Shown here: piece after piece, positions 24,940-37,406 of the stretch
How positions within the stretch are numbered: the stretch's first letter is position 1
Layout of the letters: every line of letters starts with the position of its first letter
Assembly: GCF_006345805.1 (NCBI RefSeq)
Contig: NC_042999.1
Span: 169,260,001 to 169,324,000 of the forward strand
Direction of reading: 5' to 3'
Origin: Octopus sinensis
Taxonomy: Eukaryota
Length of the DNA stretch: 64,000 bases
Notes under the pieces: generated by a model
The model's input: only the letters and a program-made list of their open reading frames with translations
Databases searched by the model: none
What the model was told of the DNA's origin: nothing
Position numbers and translations under genes: made by a program

Positions 24940-25635
24940 TACCTTTCATCCTTTTGGAGTCAATAAATTAAGTACTAGTTGAGAATTGGGGTCGATGCAA
25001 TCAACTATCTCCTTCCACCAAATTTCAGGCCTTGTGCCTATAGTAGAAAGGATTATTATTATTATCATATCATGAAAAATCTCAGTTTTATGTTGTTGGG
25101 TATGATGGAAAGTGTCAGCAGTCCACAACCAGTAGACTAAGGTATCACTTGTTTATTGATCATGCTTCAAGGACCCTGCAGAGAACTCTATTATTATTAA
25201 GACAGCAAGCTGGCAGAACCGTTAGCACACCAAGCAAAATGCTTCGCATTTCATCCATCCTTACATTCTGAGTTTAGATTCTGCTGAGGTCAACTTTGCT
25301 TCCATCTTTTTGGGGTCCATGGAATAAATAGCAGTAGAAAACTGAGGTTGATATAGACAAGCACCCTCCTCCAAATTTCAGGTTTTGTGTCTCTAGTAGA
25401 AAGGATTATTATTATTATTATTATTATTATTAAGAATGTGAGCTGCTAGAATTGTTACCATGCTGGACAAAATGTTTAGTGTATTTCACCTGTTGTTACA
25501 TTCTAAGTTCAAATTCTTTCCAGGCCTTTCTTCCTTTCCAGGTCAATAAAATGAGTACCAGTGGGGCACTGGGGTCAATGTAATTGACTATCCCCCTCTC
25601 CAACATTTCATGCCTTGCATAGAAGGGATTATTAT
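24940..25635 (+). mobile_element. Cluster of three family A SINE copies with TTA/ATC tails
   Basis: Recurrent gctggcagaa head, tttcatcctttt.gggtc core and agaaaggattattatt tail. Confidence 0.75.
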
Positions 25636-26029
25636 CATCATCATCATTATTATTCACCACATTCTTATTACTTGTATCACCGTCATTATTGTTGTTGTTA
25701 GACATTTTATTTCTGCTTAGGTATTTTGTATCTTTAAACATTAACTCCCTAATTGTACAGGTGTTGTCAGAATAATTATTTGTATCAGGTTCTTATTTGT
25801 TGAATATGCAAGCTTTACCAAACGCTTATTAAATAATCTCCTGTATCAGCTCAATGGTGAGAACTGCTTCTCAGGGTCACTATAAATTTCCTTGGGATAT
25901 CTGTGGCAATTTGGATCCCAAAGGGAGCTTTATGCAACTACTTGTTTTGATTTATCTCTGTTATTTTTAGAGTTACTACATTAGAAAATAATGTACATAC
26001 ATCCTTCCTTCCCTCTTTCTCCCTCCCTC

Positions 26030-26405
26030 TCTTTCTTTTTTACATATTTCAGTCATTAGACTGTGGTTTTGCTGGGACAGCCTCAAAGACTTTTTAGTTG
26101 GATGAATTGACTCCAGCACATTTTTTTAAGCCTGATACTTATTATGTTGGTGTCTTTTGCTGAGCTGTTAAATTACAGGGTTGTCAAGCTGCAGTGGGGG
26201 ACAAACACAGATGTAAATACACATACATACGCACATATATGTATACAAAGAGCCTCTTTCAGTTTCTGTCTGCCAAATCCACTCACAAGGTTTTGGTCAA
26301 CCTGAGGCTATAGTAGAAGACACTTATCTAAGGTTCCGTGCAGTGGAGTAAACTTGGAACTATGTGGTTGGAAAGCAAGCTTCTTACCAGCACAGTCATG
26401 CCTAA
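26030..26405 (-). mobile_element. Degenerate CORE-type SINE (family B)
   Basis: Similar to 3134-3517 throughout. Confidence 0.7.
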
Positions 26406-26406
26406 G

Positions 26407-26407
<1 letters not shown>

Positions 26408-26473
<66 letters not shown>
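26408..26473. repeat. (TA)n microsatellite
   Basis: Direct reading. Confidence 0.95.
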
Positions 26474-26478
<5 letters not shown>

Positions 26479-26629
26479 AATAAGAAAATGGAGAAACAAA
26501 TTCATCCCGTTCATCAACTTAGGGATATTACAATATTTGTTTCTCCATTTTCTTATTTGTATTCTGAATTTACGGTAAAAATATATTTTTTACCTTCACC
26601 CATTTAATACAATAAATGAATTACTCTCT

Positions 26630-26823
26630 CTTTACTCTTTTACTTGTTTCAGTCATTTGACTGCGGCCATGCTGGAGCACCGCCTTTAGTCGAGCAAATC
26701 GACCCCGGGACTTATTCTTTGTAAGCCCAGTACTTATTCTATCGGTCTCTTTTGCCGAACCGCTAAGTGACGGGGACGTAAACACACCAGCATCGGTTGT
26801 CAAGCAATGCTAGGGAGACAAAC

Positions 26824-26890
<67 letters not shown>

Positions 26891-27056
26891 CACATACATA
26901 TGACAGGCTTCTTTCAGTTTCCGTCTACCAAATCCACTCACAAGGCTTTGGTCGGCCCGGGGCTATAGTAGAAGACACTTGCCCAAGATGCCACTGAACC
27001 CGGAACCATGTGGTTGGTTAGCAAGCTACTTACCACACAGCCACTCCTGCACCTAT
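26630..27056 (-). mobile_element. Young CORE-type SINE (family B) with expanded internal (TA)n
   Basis: Near-identical to 3134-3517 except for the internal microsatellite length. Confidence 0.85.
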
Positions 27057-27961
27057 AGGAGTTAATTGCATTTGCAATTAAAAGCATTTATGTATTAAGA
27101 ATTTGGGTACTTTACCAGCACCATATTGGATAACTGATATCCCATAGTGGGTTAAATTCATAACCCCTATCTTACTTTGTACTATATATATATATATATA
27201 TATTTATCAATGACATTCGAACTTAGTCTCCTTTTCACGTTTTATTATTTGCAATTTTTACAATTTTACAATATTGAACTAATCTCCTACTTTCCTGCAT
27301 TGTGCAATCCTCAGATCCATGCAGTGATGGCTTTCTTCCAACATTATATAAGTCATTATATAAGTCTGATGACTGTGTAATGCATGGAAGTATCAGTTTA
27401 TTTCAATTCTGCAAAATTGTAAAAAATGCAAAGGATCCTGTTTTTTCTCACAGCTAAACTATAAAACACTAAACTATAAATAAATTTTTCCAAAGAAAAC
27501 CAAAATAGCAGCTGAAATATTATTTGGGAAAATTCTGGGCAAGTCATTTGATATTTCTCCAAAGGAAACGAAAATAGCAGTTGGAGAGAGCTGAACTGTA
27601 TCTAATCACCAGCAGCATCTTCATCATCTCATGTTCATGTTGTCATGCTGTCAGGATTGGATGGTTTGAAAGCATTTGATGGATCCAAAAGACTGCATCT
27701 TGTTCCAGTGGCATCCTATGGCATGGTTTCTACAACTGAATGCTTTTCCTTATGCTACTGGGTGTTTTATGTGTCATCAGCCCTGGTGAGGTTGCCATGC
27801 AGCTTGCAAGACTATAAAATCCAAACAGGGGGCAACTTTCTGCTAAGAGAACAAGAAGGGAACACTCAAAGATGAAAATATTGAAGCATTTATTACACAC
27901 ACACACACCATTTCAATTCTGAATATCAAAAATATTTCAGTTTTTTTTTTTCTATTTCCAG

Positions 27962-28084
27962 GTGAATGGCTTTAACCTAGTTGATGCTGACCATTATGAA
28001 GCTGTTGAAGTACTAAAAAACAGTGGTTATGATATTACACTAGTTGTAGCAAGAGAGAAACCTGTATCCTGTCCAGAAAACAAT
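27962..28084 (+). CDS. scrib: Scribble coding exon: end of PDZ1 (VNGFNLVDADHYEAVEVLKNSGYDITLVVAREKP[VSCPENN]); 3' boundary is 28063 or 28084
   Basis: T-tract plus ccag|GTG acceptor and a PDZ alphaB/betaF motif. The only phase-0 donor candidates are GTATCCT at 28064 and GCAAGA at 28085. Confidence 0.85.
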
Positions 28085-28135
28085 GCAAGATATTATTTTT
28101 TATTTCGGCACCTTTGTTCTTTTCTAATAGTGCAC

Positions 28136-28372
28136 ATCATCATCATCATCATCATCATCGTTTAACGTCCATTTTCCGTGCTAGCATGGGTTGGACGGTT
28201 CGACCGGGGTCTGGGAAGCCAGGGGCTGCACCAGGCTCCAGTCTGATCTGGCAGAGTTTCTACAGCTGGATGCCCTTCCTAACGCCAACCACTCCATGAG
28301 TGTGGTGGGTGCTTTTTATGTGCCACCGGCACGGAAGCCAGCCAAGGCGGCGCTGGCAACGGCCACATTCGG
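28136..28372 (-). mobile_element. RTE 3' UTR fragment about 50 nt downstream of the PDZ1-end exon
   Basis: (ATC)n tail plus ttttccgtgctagcatgggttgg...gtgggtgctttttatgtgcc. Confidence 0.85.
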
Positions 28373-28559
28373 ATGCACAAGCCAAGCAATATTAATTATT
28401 ATGAAGAAAGTTGAATCACAGTCTCCAATATATATCAAATCAATCACACAACATGTAGCATCTGTTAGCTTTGGTTAACTAAGTGACCTAATTAGCAGTG
28501 GTGGTTCCAAAATTAGCAGTGTTCCAGTAGTGTAGTAGCCAGAATAAGAATGGGTTGGA

Positions 28560-29165
28560 GAATGTTCAGCAGGATATTTCTTCTGCTGGTAAGAAAGGAT
28601 TTGTATTTTAGAATTCAGAGTAGATTGTGTAATGCTTGTATATAAAGTAGAGTACTGTGTGGGCTCTGAATGCAGAGGACTTGCAAAGACTACAAAAATC
28701 AAGCAAACATGATCTGCTGGATTTGTGTATATAAAAATTGCAGTACAAATGAACCAAGGGAGAAAACTGGATGTAAGAGGAATCAGATGTAGCATGCAAG
28801 AGAGAAGACTATGTTAGTATGGACATATAGCCTTTTCAGCTCAACCACACATGTGCTGGTACCACAATAAAATGCATTCTGTAAATTAGAAGTCAGGTGA
28901 GCAGAGACAGCTTAGGCTAATGAGATCTGTCTAATTTTGTTCAACATATGATAACTTCTTTAGTGCTGGTGTCACAATAAAATGCACCCAGTACTCCCTG
29001 TAAAGTGGTTGATATTAGTGAGAGCATCCACTAGTGGAAATCCAGCACAAAAGCAATACGTGTTCCTCAGATCCATCTAGGAGTGCAGTAATATTGAATA
29101 AGAAATTGCTTAAGCCATGATGACCCATCCATACTAGCATGGAGAGCTAATAAAAGGAATAATGC
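28560..29165 (+). mobile_element. Highly degenerate RTE 3' fragment
   Basis: ...KLDVRGIRCSMQERRL..YGH-like segment and a decayed 3' UTR. Confidence 0.55.
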
Positions 29166-29777
29166 TGATGACCATCTATACTCACAATATATACAATTCA
29201 CTGTTACTTACTCATCTTGTTCTATATTCACTACAAGCAAATGCAGCCATCCTTTGAATGGTGTAATTTATTATAATGGCGCACTCCTGTGGATGGTTTA
29301 AGTTGAATTAGCCTGCAGTTAGAAGTCGTTTCAAGTAACTTAGGTATTGAATAAATTTTTCTGAACACAAATTTGGCAGTTAGTAATATATGAAAGTCCA
29401 TGAAATGAGATCACAATTGCAGTAGGTATTAGGGATCCAATATCTTACTTGAAGCATTTTGTATCATGTACTTATTTTTCTTGTAATATGCCTGACGCAA
29501 CCGCATTGAAGCCTTTTTTCAATGAAAGTCATGTATGATAAAGAAAAGCAAACATTTATATCAAACACACAAATAGGATAATGGCATGTAGAACAATTAA
29601 TGTCAGAGCATGCTTATGAGTGAACAGCATGTGTGAAGTAAGAAGGGTCATTGAAGGTAATGTATTGTTAACAGCAATCGGGGAAATGAAGCAAAATATC
29701 AATGAAATGCTTGCAGGAAGTCTGGTTGCTAATGGCTACAGTTTGGTGAAGATGTGAAGATTGCAGTGGAGGAATAA

Positions 29778-32250
29778 CTACTGTAGGGCTGCTTTGTAGA
29801 CGACATTTTTGGTTTTTCCTTCAGGAGCATTGAGGAATAAGTTGTCTGGATGGTCAACTCTGGAACAATGGTTCTTCATTTGCTTGACCACAAGGCGAGT
29901 TCCATTGCATAGAAGGATGACAGGGCAACTGACTTTTAAGTGAAGTTCATGGGGAAGGTGTCCTGGGGGATCTTAGGAGTTTAGAAATTCTGTTGTAAAG
30001 TGTGTAACCTGATCAAAGTTGGTAACAGTGTTGACTGCTTTGTAATAATGTTCTTGAGAAGGTGGCTGACTGAGTAAGTCATAGTTAAGTGTTGACAGCT
30101 GCATTTGTAGGTGCAAGCACAACCCTGTCAAGTAGCCAATCTGGTTTTATGTATTCCATTGTAAGATTTGGGTAATCAGCAGAACATAAGTCATCAAGGC
30201 TGGAGACAGTGTGGCCAACAATGGTAGTGTCAATATATCCATTGTCGTTAGACATAATTTGTCCATTACCAATTTTAAGGAGCATTTCTGAAAACTGAGT
30301 TGTAGGCTAACCAGTCTATGTGTGATCTCATATTGATGGTGAGTTGTTTCGATTGGACGTGCAACCAACGAGGGATATTTTAAGGCAGACATTAAGTTCA
30401 TCAGTGGGTGTTCTTTAGGGTATAATAGGCAGAATTTGTCAAAAATCTCCTGCAAGATGTAGAGTCGCACCTCAAAGGATGTTGTTCGATCTAAGGTCTC
30501 TCATTGTGGTATCAAGTGCTTGTAGGGAACATTTATGGGACATAGTTGCTTCATCCCAAACAATGAGTTTGCACTTTTTCAAAATTTTCACTTTGTCTGA
30601 GGAATACAATATGTGGTACATTGGATTTTCATGATGTGCTACATTAAAAGGCAATTTGAAGGTAGAGTGTGCTCTTCGTCTGCCATTCAGAAGAGTCAAG
30701 GCTATTCTTGAGCAGGAAACAGCAATAACAAGGTCACCATAATGCTGCAGCTCTACAAGAAGATTCAGGAGGAATGTTTTTCCAGTTCAACCAGATGTGT
30801 CTAAGGAGATGATTCCGCCAGTGCGTGTGCGGATGTTTCTAAGGACAACTTGATCAGCATTCAGAAGGGGCTTGTCAGCAATGTACTGTTTAAGTTTTAG
30901 GATGTTTCTCTGAGAATGAGGCGATTGAGACGGGCATCTTTATTTCTGTCTGGGGTGTTGAGAGAGTAAGCATCCAGTTGTTGAACTCCAGTTGCCAGAA
31001 CCAAGTCTTCCAAGAGAAGAAGCCATCTGCTGTAAATGGCAGGGGTAGTGGGAGTGTCAACGCTACCTGTGATTTGGGAAGTCTGCAGCAAAATGTCATG
31101 GCACATTGAGACTTTGTATTTATTCCAAAGTGAATGCGTGTCTGTCAGGTTGCAGAAAACCAGCATTATTTGCAAAAAGGTGTCAGAGCTTGTGCAGAGA
31201 ATAACACAGAGAGGCCTGTTTGAGTGCATTATCATGTTGATCATCTGTATCCAAAAGTCTCCATTTGGAGCAGGCATCTTTGAAAGTGCTGCATAAGTGG
31301 CCATCCAGTGTGTGAAGGTCATCAATGAAGTTTGGTTCTTTAATGACATGAAGTAAAAGCTGCAGATGGAAGCATTTGGAGTTCAAGGGGTGAACTGTGT
31401 AGACATGTCTGATTGTATTGCCTTTGTACATGACTGGATCCAACTGTGTATGCCAGCCTTGTTTTTGTTGTTGCCACTGGGAAGATGATTGATTCCATGT
31501 ATAATAATGTCACACTTCAGGGTACAAAATAGACTCTGTGAAGGGGTTGACTTTGTATTGGTGAAAAAAGAGGCTGTGAGAGCTGTCTTTGGCAGGGTAG
31601 CTGCTTCTTGAATGAGGCTGACTTCTGTGAGGTAAATTCGCTGCCTATTGTCCAAATGAACACTGAGATAAGGGTATCATTCGTGAATTGGGAATCCTAA
31701 GGTTCTCCATATGGCTTCATTGGTGGATATGTAGTGTCCAGTTTCAAAAAAAGAGTCACTTCATCATTTGTAAAATTTGTTGATCCTGTAGAGTTTATTT
31801 GAGAAACGGCTCTGTCCAATCCTTTGGTAATGTACTTGCATACGTAACATATGGATTTGACAGAATTCTACAGTGCTGGGTGCATGAAATGTTTTGCAGA
31901 GTATCTTGTTGTGGGGTACGACCCACTGATTGTCAACCAAAAAAAAAAGTATAGTGGAGTGATACAAATGTATGGGAGACAATCAATTTCTGAATGTTAC
32001 TTTGCAAAGTGTTTCCTCCCTTGTCCACAACAGTCACCATACATCAGAAATGGAGGTTTTTCTGACCCTTTCTCTAGAAGCCCCATTACTTCATATTATT
32101 CCATAAGTGAAAGAACCATCTGTGGAACATAAGTGATGTATTTGCTAAGTGTGAACAAAATCAGATGAAAAACATTGAGTTTACACGGCATCAACTTAAT
32201 GGTTGGTCACATACACACACACACATCTTCTGTCTTATATATTATAAGCA
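29778..32250 (-). mobile_element. Helitron Rep/helicase pseudogene remnant
   Basis: Minus-strand fragments WVVPHNKILCKTFH (post-Rep), VYTVHP..CFHLQLLLHV, AHSTFKLP, LIVWDEATM (PIF1-type helicase), LCNGTRLVVK, and C-terminus CSRV...PEGKTKNVVYKAALQ* (stop at 29778). Helitron-like 5' end near 32249. Many stops and frameshifts. Confidence 0.9.
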
Positions 32251-32515
32251 TCATCTTATAATTCTTGTGATTCAGATATTCCACACTATATTTCATGAAT
32301 TATGGTCAGTACTTTTCTTATGAAAACCCTAGATCTGTACATTCTAATGAAAACCCTAGATCTGTACATTTCCAATTTAAGTTTAGAAATTGTTATATAA
32401 CTGTCCAGTATCTGCTCCAGCAAACATAATGTGTAATTCTTACCTGCTTATTCTAAAATAGGAAAATTATGTTGATTTTCTTTATAATTCTGATTTCTTT
32501 TCTTCCTTTTCATAG

Positions 32516-32593
32516 GTGACCGAGGAAGAAACAAACACTGGTATTGCTACAGTGAGCTTTACAAACGAGCCAGAAATGGAGGTTTATGGCGAG
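32516..32593 (+). CDS. scrib: Probable Scribble PDZ1-PDZ2 linker exon (VTEEETNTGIATVSFTNEPEMEVYGE)
   Basis: Long pyrimidine tract plus catag|GTG, donor GAG|gtacgt, 78 nt open, phase 0-0, lying between the PDZ1 and PDZ2 exons. No family motif confirms it. Confidence 0.75.
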
Positions 32594-32730
32594 GTACGTT
32601 CGCCTATTTTCATTTCAGTCTTGATAGAAGAGATTCAATGAAATCTTCCTTTAAACAGCTATTCTTGCTCTCGGATGACAGAACTAGGTTACATATTTGA
32701 AGAGTGACCATATAAAAACAACCAGATTAA

Positions 32731-35310
32731 CCCTTTCGTTACCATATTTCTGACCAAAATACACCCCTCATGAGTTCCAATTAAATTCTAAAATAATCAC
32801 GAATTTAGACTAGTTTCATTAAACAACTGTAACTTTTTTTACTTATCAACATATTAATGTGATATTTGGAATACAATTGAAGAAATTCTATTCCATAATT
32901 TTTGTCTCAAAGTGACTCTAATTACAGGTAAATCCAGGTAAACTGAGCAAAATGTAAAAAATATTAAAATTTTGTTTAAACATTACCATAGAAAATGAGT
33001 CTTCAGCTAATTTAATTGAGGTATGCAACAAAACTTTGATATAGAAGACCTGTGAAGATCACTAGATTATCAGTTGAATTTAATGCACAGAAGAACAGGT
33101 GTACCATAAAGGTAAAATAAACTAAAATACTGGAATTTGTTTTTTAAGAAAACTAGAAAATTAAATACAACTAAATGAAATATTCTCACACACATACATG
33201 AATACACAGGAACATATATAATAAAGATTTACAATAGAAATTAAATCAAAACTTGTCACTCACCTTACAGGCAAATTAAAATCACAAGTAAATAAAAAGT
33301 AAAAACGAAGTAAATTTGAAAAATATTTATACACTCTAATCATACATATATACAATATTCACACAATATTTCTATCATGGAAAGCTGTAAAACATCCTAT
33401 TCTACATACTGCAACCTTGCAGAATGAACATTGGAAAGAAGTTTCAACTGGCCGTCCACTGGAGTTTTTCTTTATTGATGCAAACATTCACTGCACTGCT
33501 TTTTGTGACAACCAATTTTTTCTAATTTATGGGCATTGGCTGAACTCAGAGGGATATCTCTCTGGCAGGTTTTGCTTTTCCATCCTGCAGTTATTATTTT
33601 TGAGGAATATCCTGCCCGGAACTGCAGATGGTCGCACCGCTTGCGAACCCCTCCTGATTTGGTATATAATATAAATGCATTTACAATGGTCATGTTTACT
33701 ATATACCAAACCAGGTATCGCCACCATTTATTACCTGGTCTACCAACCGGATAATAACTCATCATCTGGTTCAGCCGGTCCACACCGCCCATGTACCTGT
33801 TATAATCAAGGTTCATAAACGGGGTGCCATTTTCATCTACACATGGTTGTGCACTGGTAGATAGAAAATTTATCTGCCTCTTATCTCTGTATGCGGTCGC
33901 TAGCAGATTTCCTTTCTGCTGTTGGATCTTTTCACCTCTTTATTTTAATTTTGCTTTTTTTATATCCAACGGCAGCCCTTTTCTACTAGCAATTGCTGTA
34001 GCACATGTATACATTGCCACAGCTTCTAAATCCACCGCAAGTTTGACTGAACTAAAAAATTGGTCAAAAAATGATATACGGCCCTGGTTATGGTATGGAA
34101 GTGAAAAATTCCAGACCACATCGTACCCTAGGCCATTCTGACTAACATTATTGTCTCTTTTCCCAGTATAAAAACTAAATGCACAGAGGTACCCAGTATT
34201 TGCTTCACAAATTTTCCAAACTTTGATTCCCCATTTTGTGGGCTTTCCTGGCATATACTATCAGAAGCGTATCCTTCCTTTATACCCCACCATGCCCTCA
34301 TTGATAGATAAGTATCTCCCAGGGTTGTAAAATGTTTTATATGCATTTTGAACGCAGTCGATGAGGAGTCTTATTTTAAATAAGGGATCAAAGTTTGTTT
34401 CCAGCATAATGACCCGAATATGATTTGTGAAACCAAACCAGTATTTATATGTGAGAGATACAAGCAGTACCCCAGTACGTGGATGTACTGGGGTACTGGT
34501 TTGGTTTCACAAATTGTGTTTGGGAAATAATACTGGAAACATACTGATCGCCAAAAGGTTCCTGATTGCTCCAGTAATTTGTAATTCTGGGTAACTGTCT
34601 TATACCCATAATAATATTTATGGCAAAAAATGCCCATATTTCATCTACAGTTGTAGGAAACCACAAGCTATCTTTTTTTCCAGCTTGTTTACATTCTGCG
34701 TAACGGTTTGTTTCCACAGTGATTGCTTTAAACAAGCATGCTGGAAAAAATAAAAATAAAATGTCTAATGGTTTCACTTCCTGAGAAAGACTATGGGTAG
34801 ACCCTGTCTCAGAAAAATTGTTAATATAATCTTTTTTAAACTTTTTACTCCATTCTGGTGTAAAATCATCCTCGCTGTCGATGTCACTGCTTTCAGTTTC
34901 TTCAGAATCGCTGCTTTCGGTTTCGGATACAGAAATATCTGAGTCATTTTCATCCACCACGTGGTTTTGCACCTCATTCATTCTTTTCCTCGATATCTCC
35001 ATATCATCCATTGAAAAGCCTTCAAATTTGGAATCACTTGATAGCATGAAACTCCTCTCCGTTTTCAAAGTTGAAAAAAATTAACACCAAAAAAAATGTA
35101 GAAAAACATCTTCCAAAATTCACTGAGTTCAAATATCATGCCAATAACTCAATAACTCAACTGTTTGCAAAGTGAAATAACGTGTTTTAACAAATGTACT
35201 AACGATATTTGGATTCAAATTTACATTTAAATAACAATAGGTGCTCTTGGCCGGCTACGACCAAGGTTGGTCTTATGAATCAGGCTGTGGCTGGGTTTGT
35301 AATGAAAGGG
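32731..35310 (-). mobile_element. Complete piggyBac transposon (2580 bp) with a disrupted PGBD4-like transposase
   Basis: TTAA|CCCTTTCGTTAC ... GTAATGAAAGGG|TTAA. Minus-strand ORF pieces include acidic N-terminus, MPGKPTKWGIK, FDQFFSS, YNRYMGGVD and a Cys-rich C-terminus. Stops and frameshifts present. Confidence 0.95.
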
Positions 35311-36264
35311 TTAATGTCCCAAATATGCACAGTCAAATATGTACAATATCTGTGAATCTGGTTGTGAGAATCATCAAAGGTTTTACTGGCAACTCTTTAC
35401 CATAATCTGCTCTGTTAAAACAAACAGAGGTTATATAACAACTACAACTAAATATAAGACTTTACAGTCATATTTCTTGTGTCAAATGTTGCCACATATT
35501 GTATTATAATCTCGTGTTAACTCTAAATGTCCTGTTGAAAATTTTAAATTTTATATCAGAAGATTACTCCTGTAATGATTGAAAGAAAATACCTAAAATG
35601 GTGCTTGTTAATTCAAAGGCTCCTTTTTTTTTTACTTATTGTCAGATCATTAAGAAAATTGGTTGTATCAGATTTGGGGGTGCTTTTTTATGTAAACAGT
35701 CATTCATTAAAAAAACGTTGTGCCTGTGGAAGCATGATTAAATGAGTGTTAAATAATTGGTAGGGCTGGTTGTGGCTGCATGTTGTTACCCATATTCAAA
35801 GTAAGTCCATTTAAAGTTTTTGAGGAAACCATTAACATTACGGCGACTACAATAATAGTTACTTGTGGGAGGCTGCATTGTTGATTATCAGTAGTGAGTT
35901 ATGTAGGTATGTTGGCCAAGAATTAGATAGCTACAGCTTTGTGTGGGTCTGAGAATCAATAATGGCCTCTGTCCATTCTTGGATAAGTGAAAATATTGCA
36001 TTTGAATTAACAAGCAGCATTTTAGGCTTTTTTTGGCCAGTAAAACTCTGCTCAGATCAACCTTATTACAGCTATTGCATGGCAACTGGTGCACCATGTT
36101 GGAGAACAAACTGAAAAACAATGTTACTAAGGTGCCTAAATGATTTGTTTTTCTTAAAGCTGTCTGCCTCTATATCATAGGTTAGTTTAGGTAAAGATGG
36201 TTAAGGCTGCATAGCTAAAACAATTGGAACAGCCCCTAAAATTTGTTCAATTGTGGCATTGGTG

Positions 36265-36580
36265 AATGGTTAAGAAGTTCACTCAGTCCCATTGCATGGC
36301 ACCTTGGGCAAATGTTTTCAACTATAGCACTGGCCCCACCAATGCCTTGTGAGTGAATTTGGTGGGTGGAATTTGTGTGGAAGTCTGTTGTGTATATGTA
36401 TTTGTGTTTGCCTTCTCCCCCACTGCTTGATTATTGGTGTTCATTTGCTTATGTGCCTGTAACAACAGTTCAGCAAAGGAGACTGATAGAATAAGTACTG
36501 GGTTGATTTACTTAGCTAAACCCTTTAAAGCACTGCTCCAACATGGCTGCAGTACAGTGACTGAAACAAGTAAAAATACA
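36265..36580 (+). mobile_element. Degenerate CORE-type SINE (family B)
   Basis: ggttaagaagttcactcagtcccattgcatggcaccttgggcaaatg...actgaaacaagtaaaa. Confidence 0.6.
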
Positions 36581-36679
36581 TTTGTAATTTTAGGTTTAGC
36601 TGTCATCAGCTAAGTTTGTAGAGAAGTTTTCCTTTTGTATCTTTTATACTGGATTTTGATGGCTTAACATATCTCCTCT

Positions 36680-37080
36680 CTTCTCTGCTAACAGAACACA
36701 AAAATATATGTTGAATTCATTGAGCTTTTTAACAATGACAATTGAATCTTATAATTGCAACAGTGTGCATGAATGACAAAGCACAGATGAGCTGTGAGAA
36801 AAACTAAGTGTATGCAGGCTCAGATGTATTATGCAAGACAGAAGAGTTCATTAGTACAGACATTTAATGTGTATGCATGATGACAGTAGGATGTCAGAAG
36901 ATTCAAATGGAAAGATGAGATAAACCAAGCAAGTTTGAAACAGAAATAGTGAAAGCTGATCTCAATAAGGGAACCTCTCAAAGCAAATAGAGACAAGAAT
37001 GTAGTATGCGATGAGTTGCTATGTTAAAGAGAACCCATCCAACCCATGCAAGCATAGAAAGACAGTTGTGAAAATAATGA
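36680..37080 (+). mobile_element. Highly degenerate RTE 3' fragment
   Basis: Decayed EKL..CRLRC.MQDRR segment plus aacccatccaacccatgcaagcatagaaa tail. Confidence 0.5.
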
Positions 37081-37313
37081 AGAATTTAAAGAGACTGGTG
37101 GTGGTGGTCAGTATCAGCAGAGGGTAAAATCAAAACATTAAGTACATTCAATTGCCATGAAAAAGAGACTATCATGAAAAGCCATCTCAAATGTTAGATA
37201 TTCTCTTGTGAAATGCAAAATGGAGAAAATATAGCAAGCTTTATTGAAATATACTAACATTTTAAGTAAAAAATTATTATAATTGATGGGTTTGTCTTTC
37301 CTTTCTTCTTCAG

Positions 37314-37406
37314 ACAATATCTACATCACTTATTCGAGATAAGAGTGGTCTTGGTTTTAGCATAGCTGGAGGTAGAGACTCTGATTCCTTCAAGACTAAT
37401 GACCAT
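37314..37406 (+). CDS. scrib: Scribble coding exon: start of PDZ2 (TISTSLIRDKSGLGFSIAGGRDSDSFKTNDH)
   Basis: cttcttcag|ACA...CAT|gtaagt, 93 nt, phase 0-0, GLGF carboxylate-binding loop. Confidence 0.9.
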
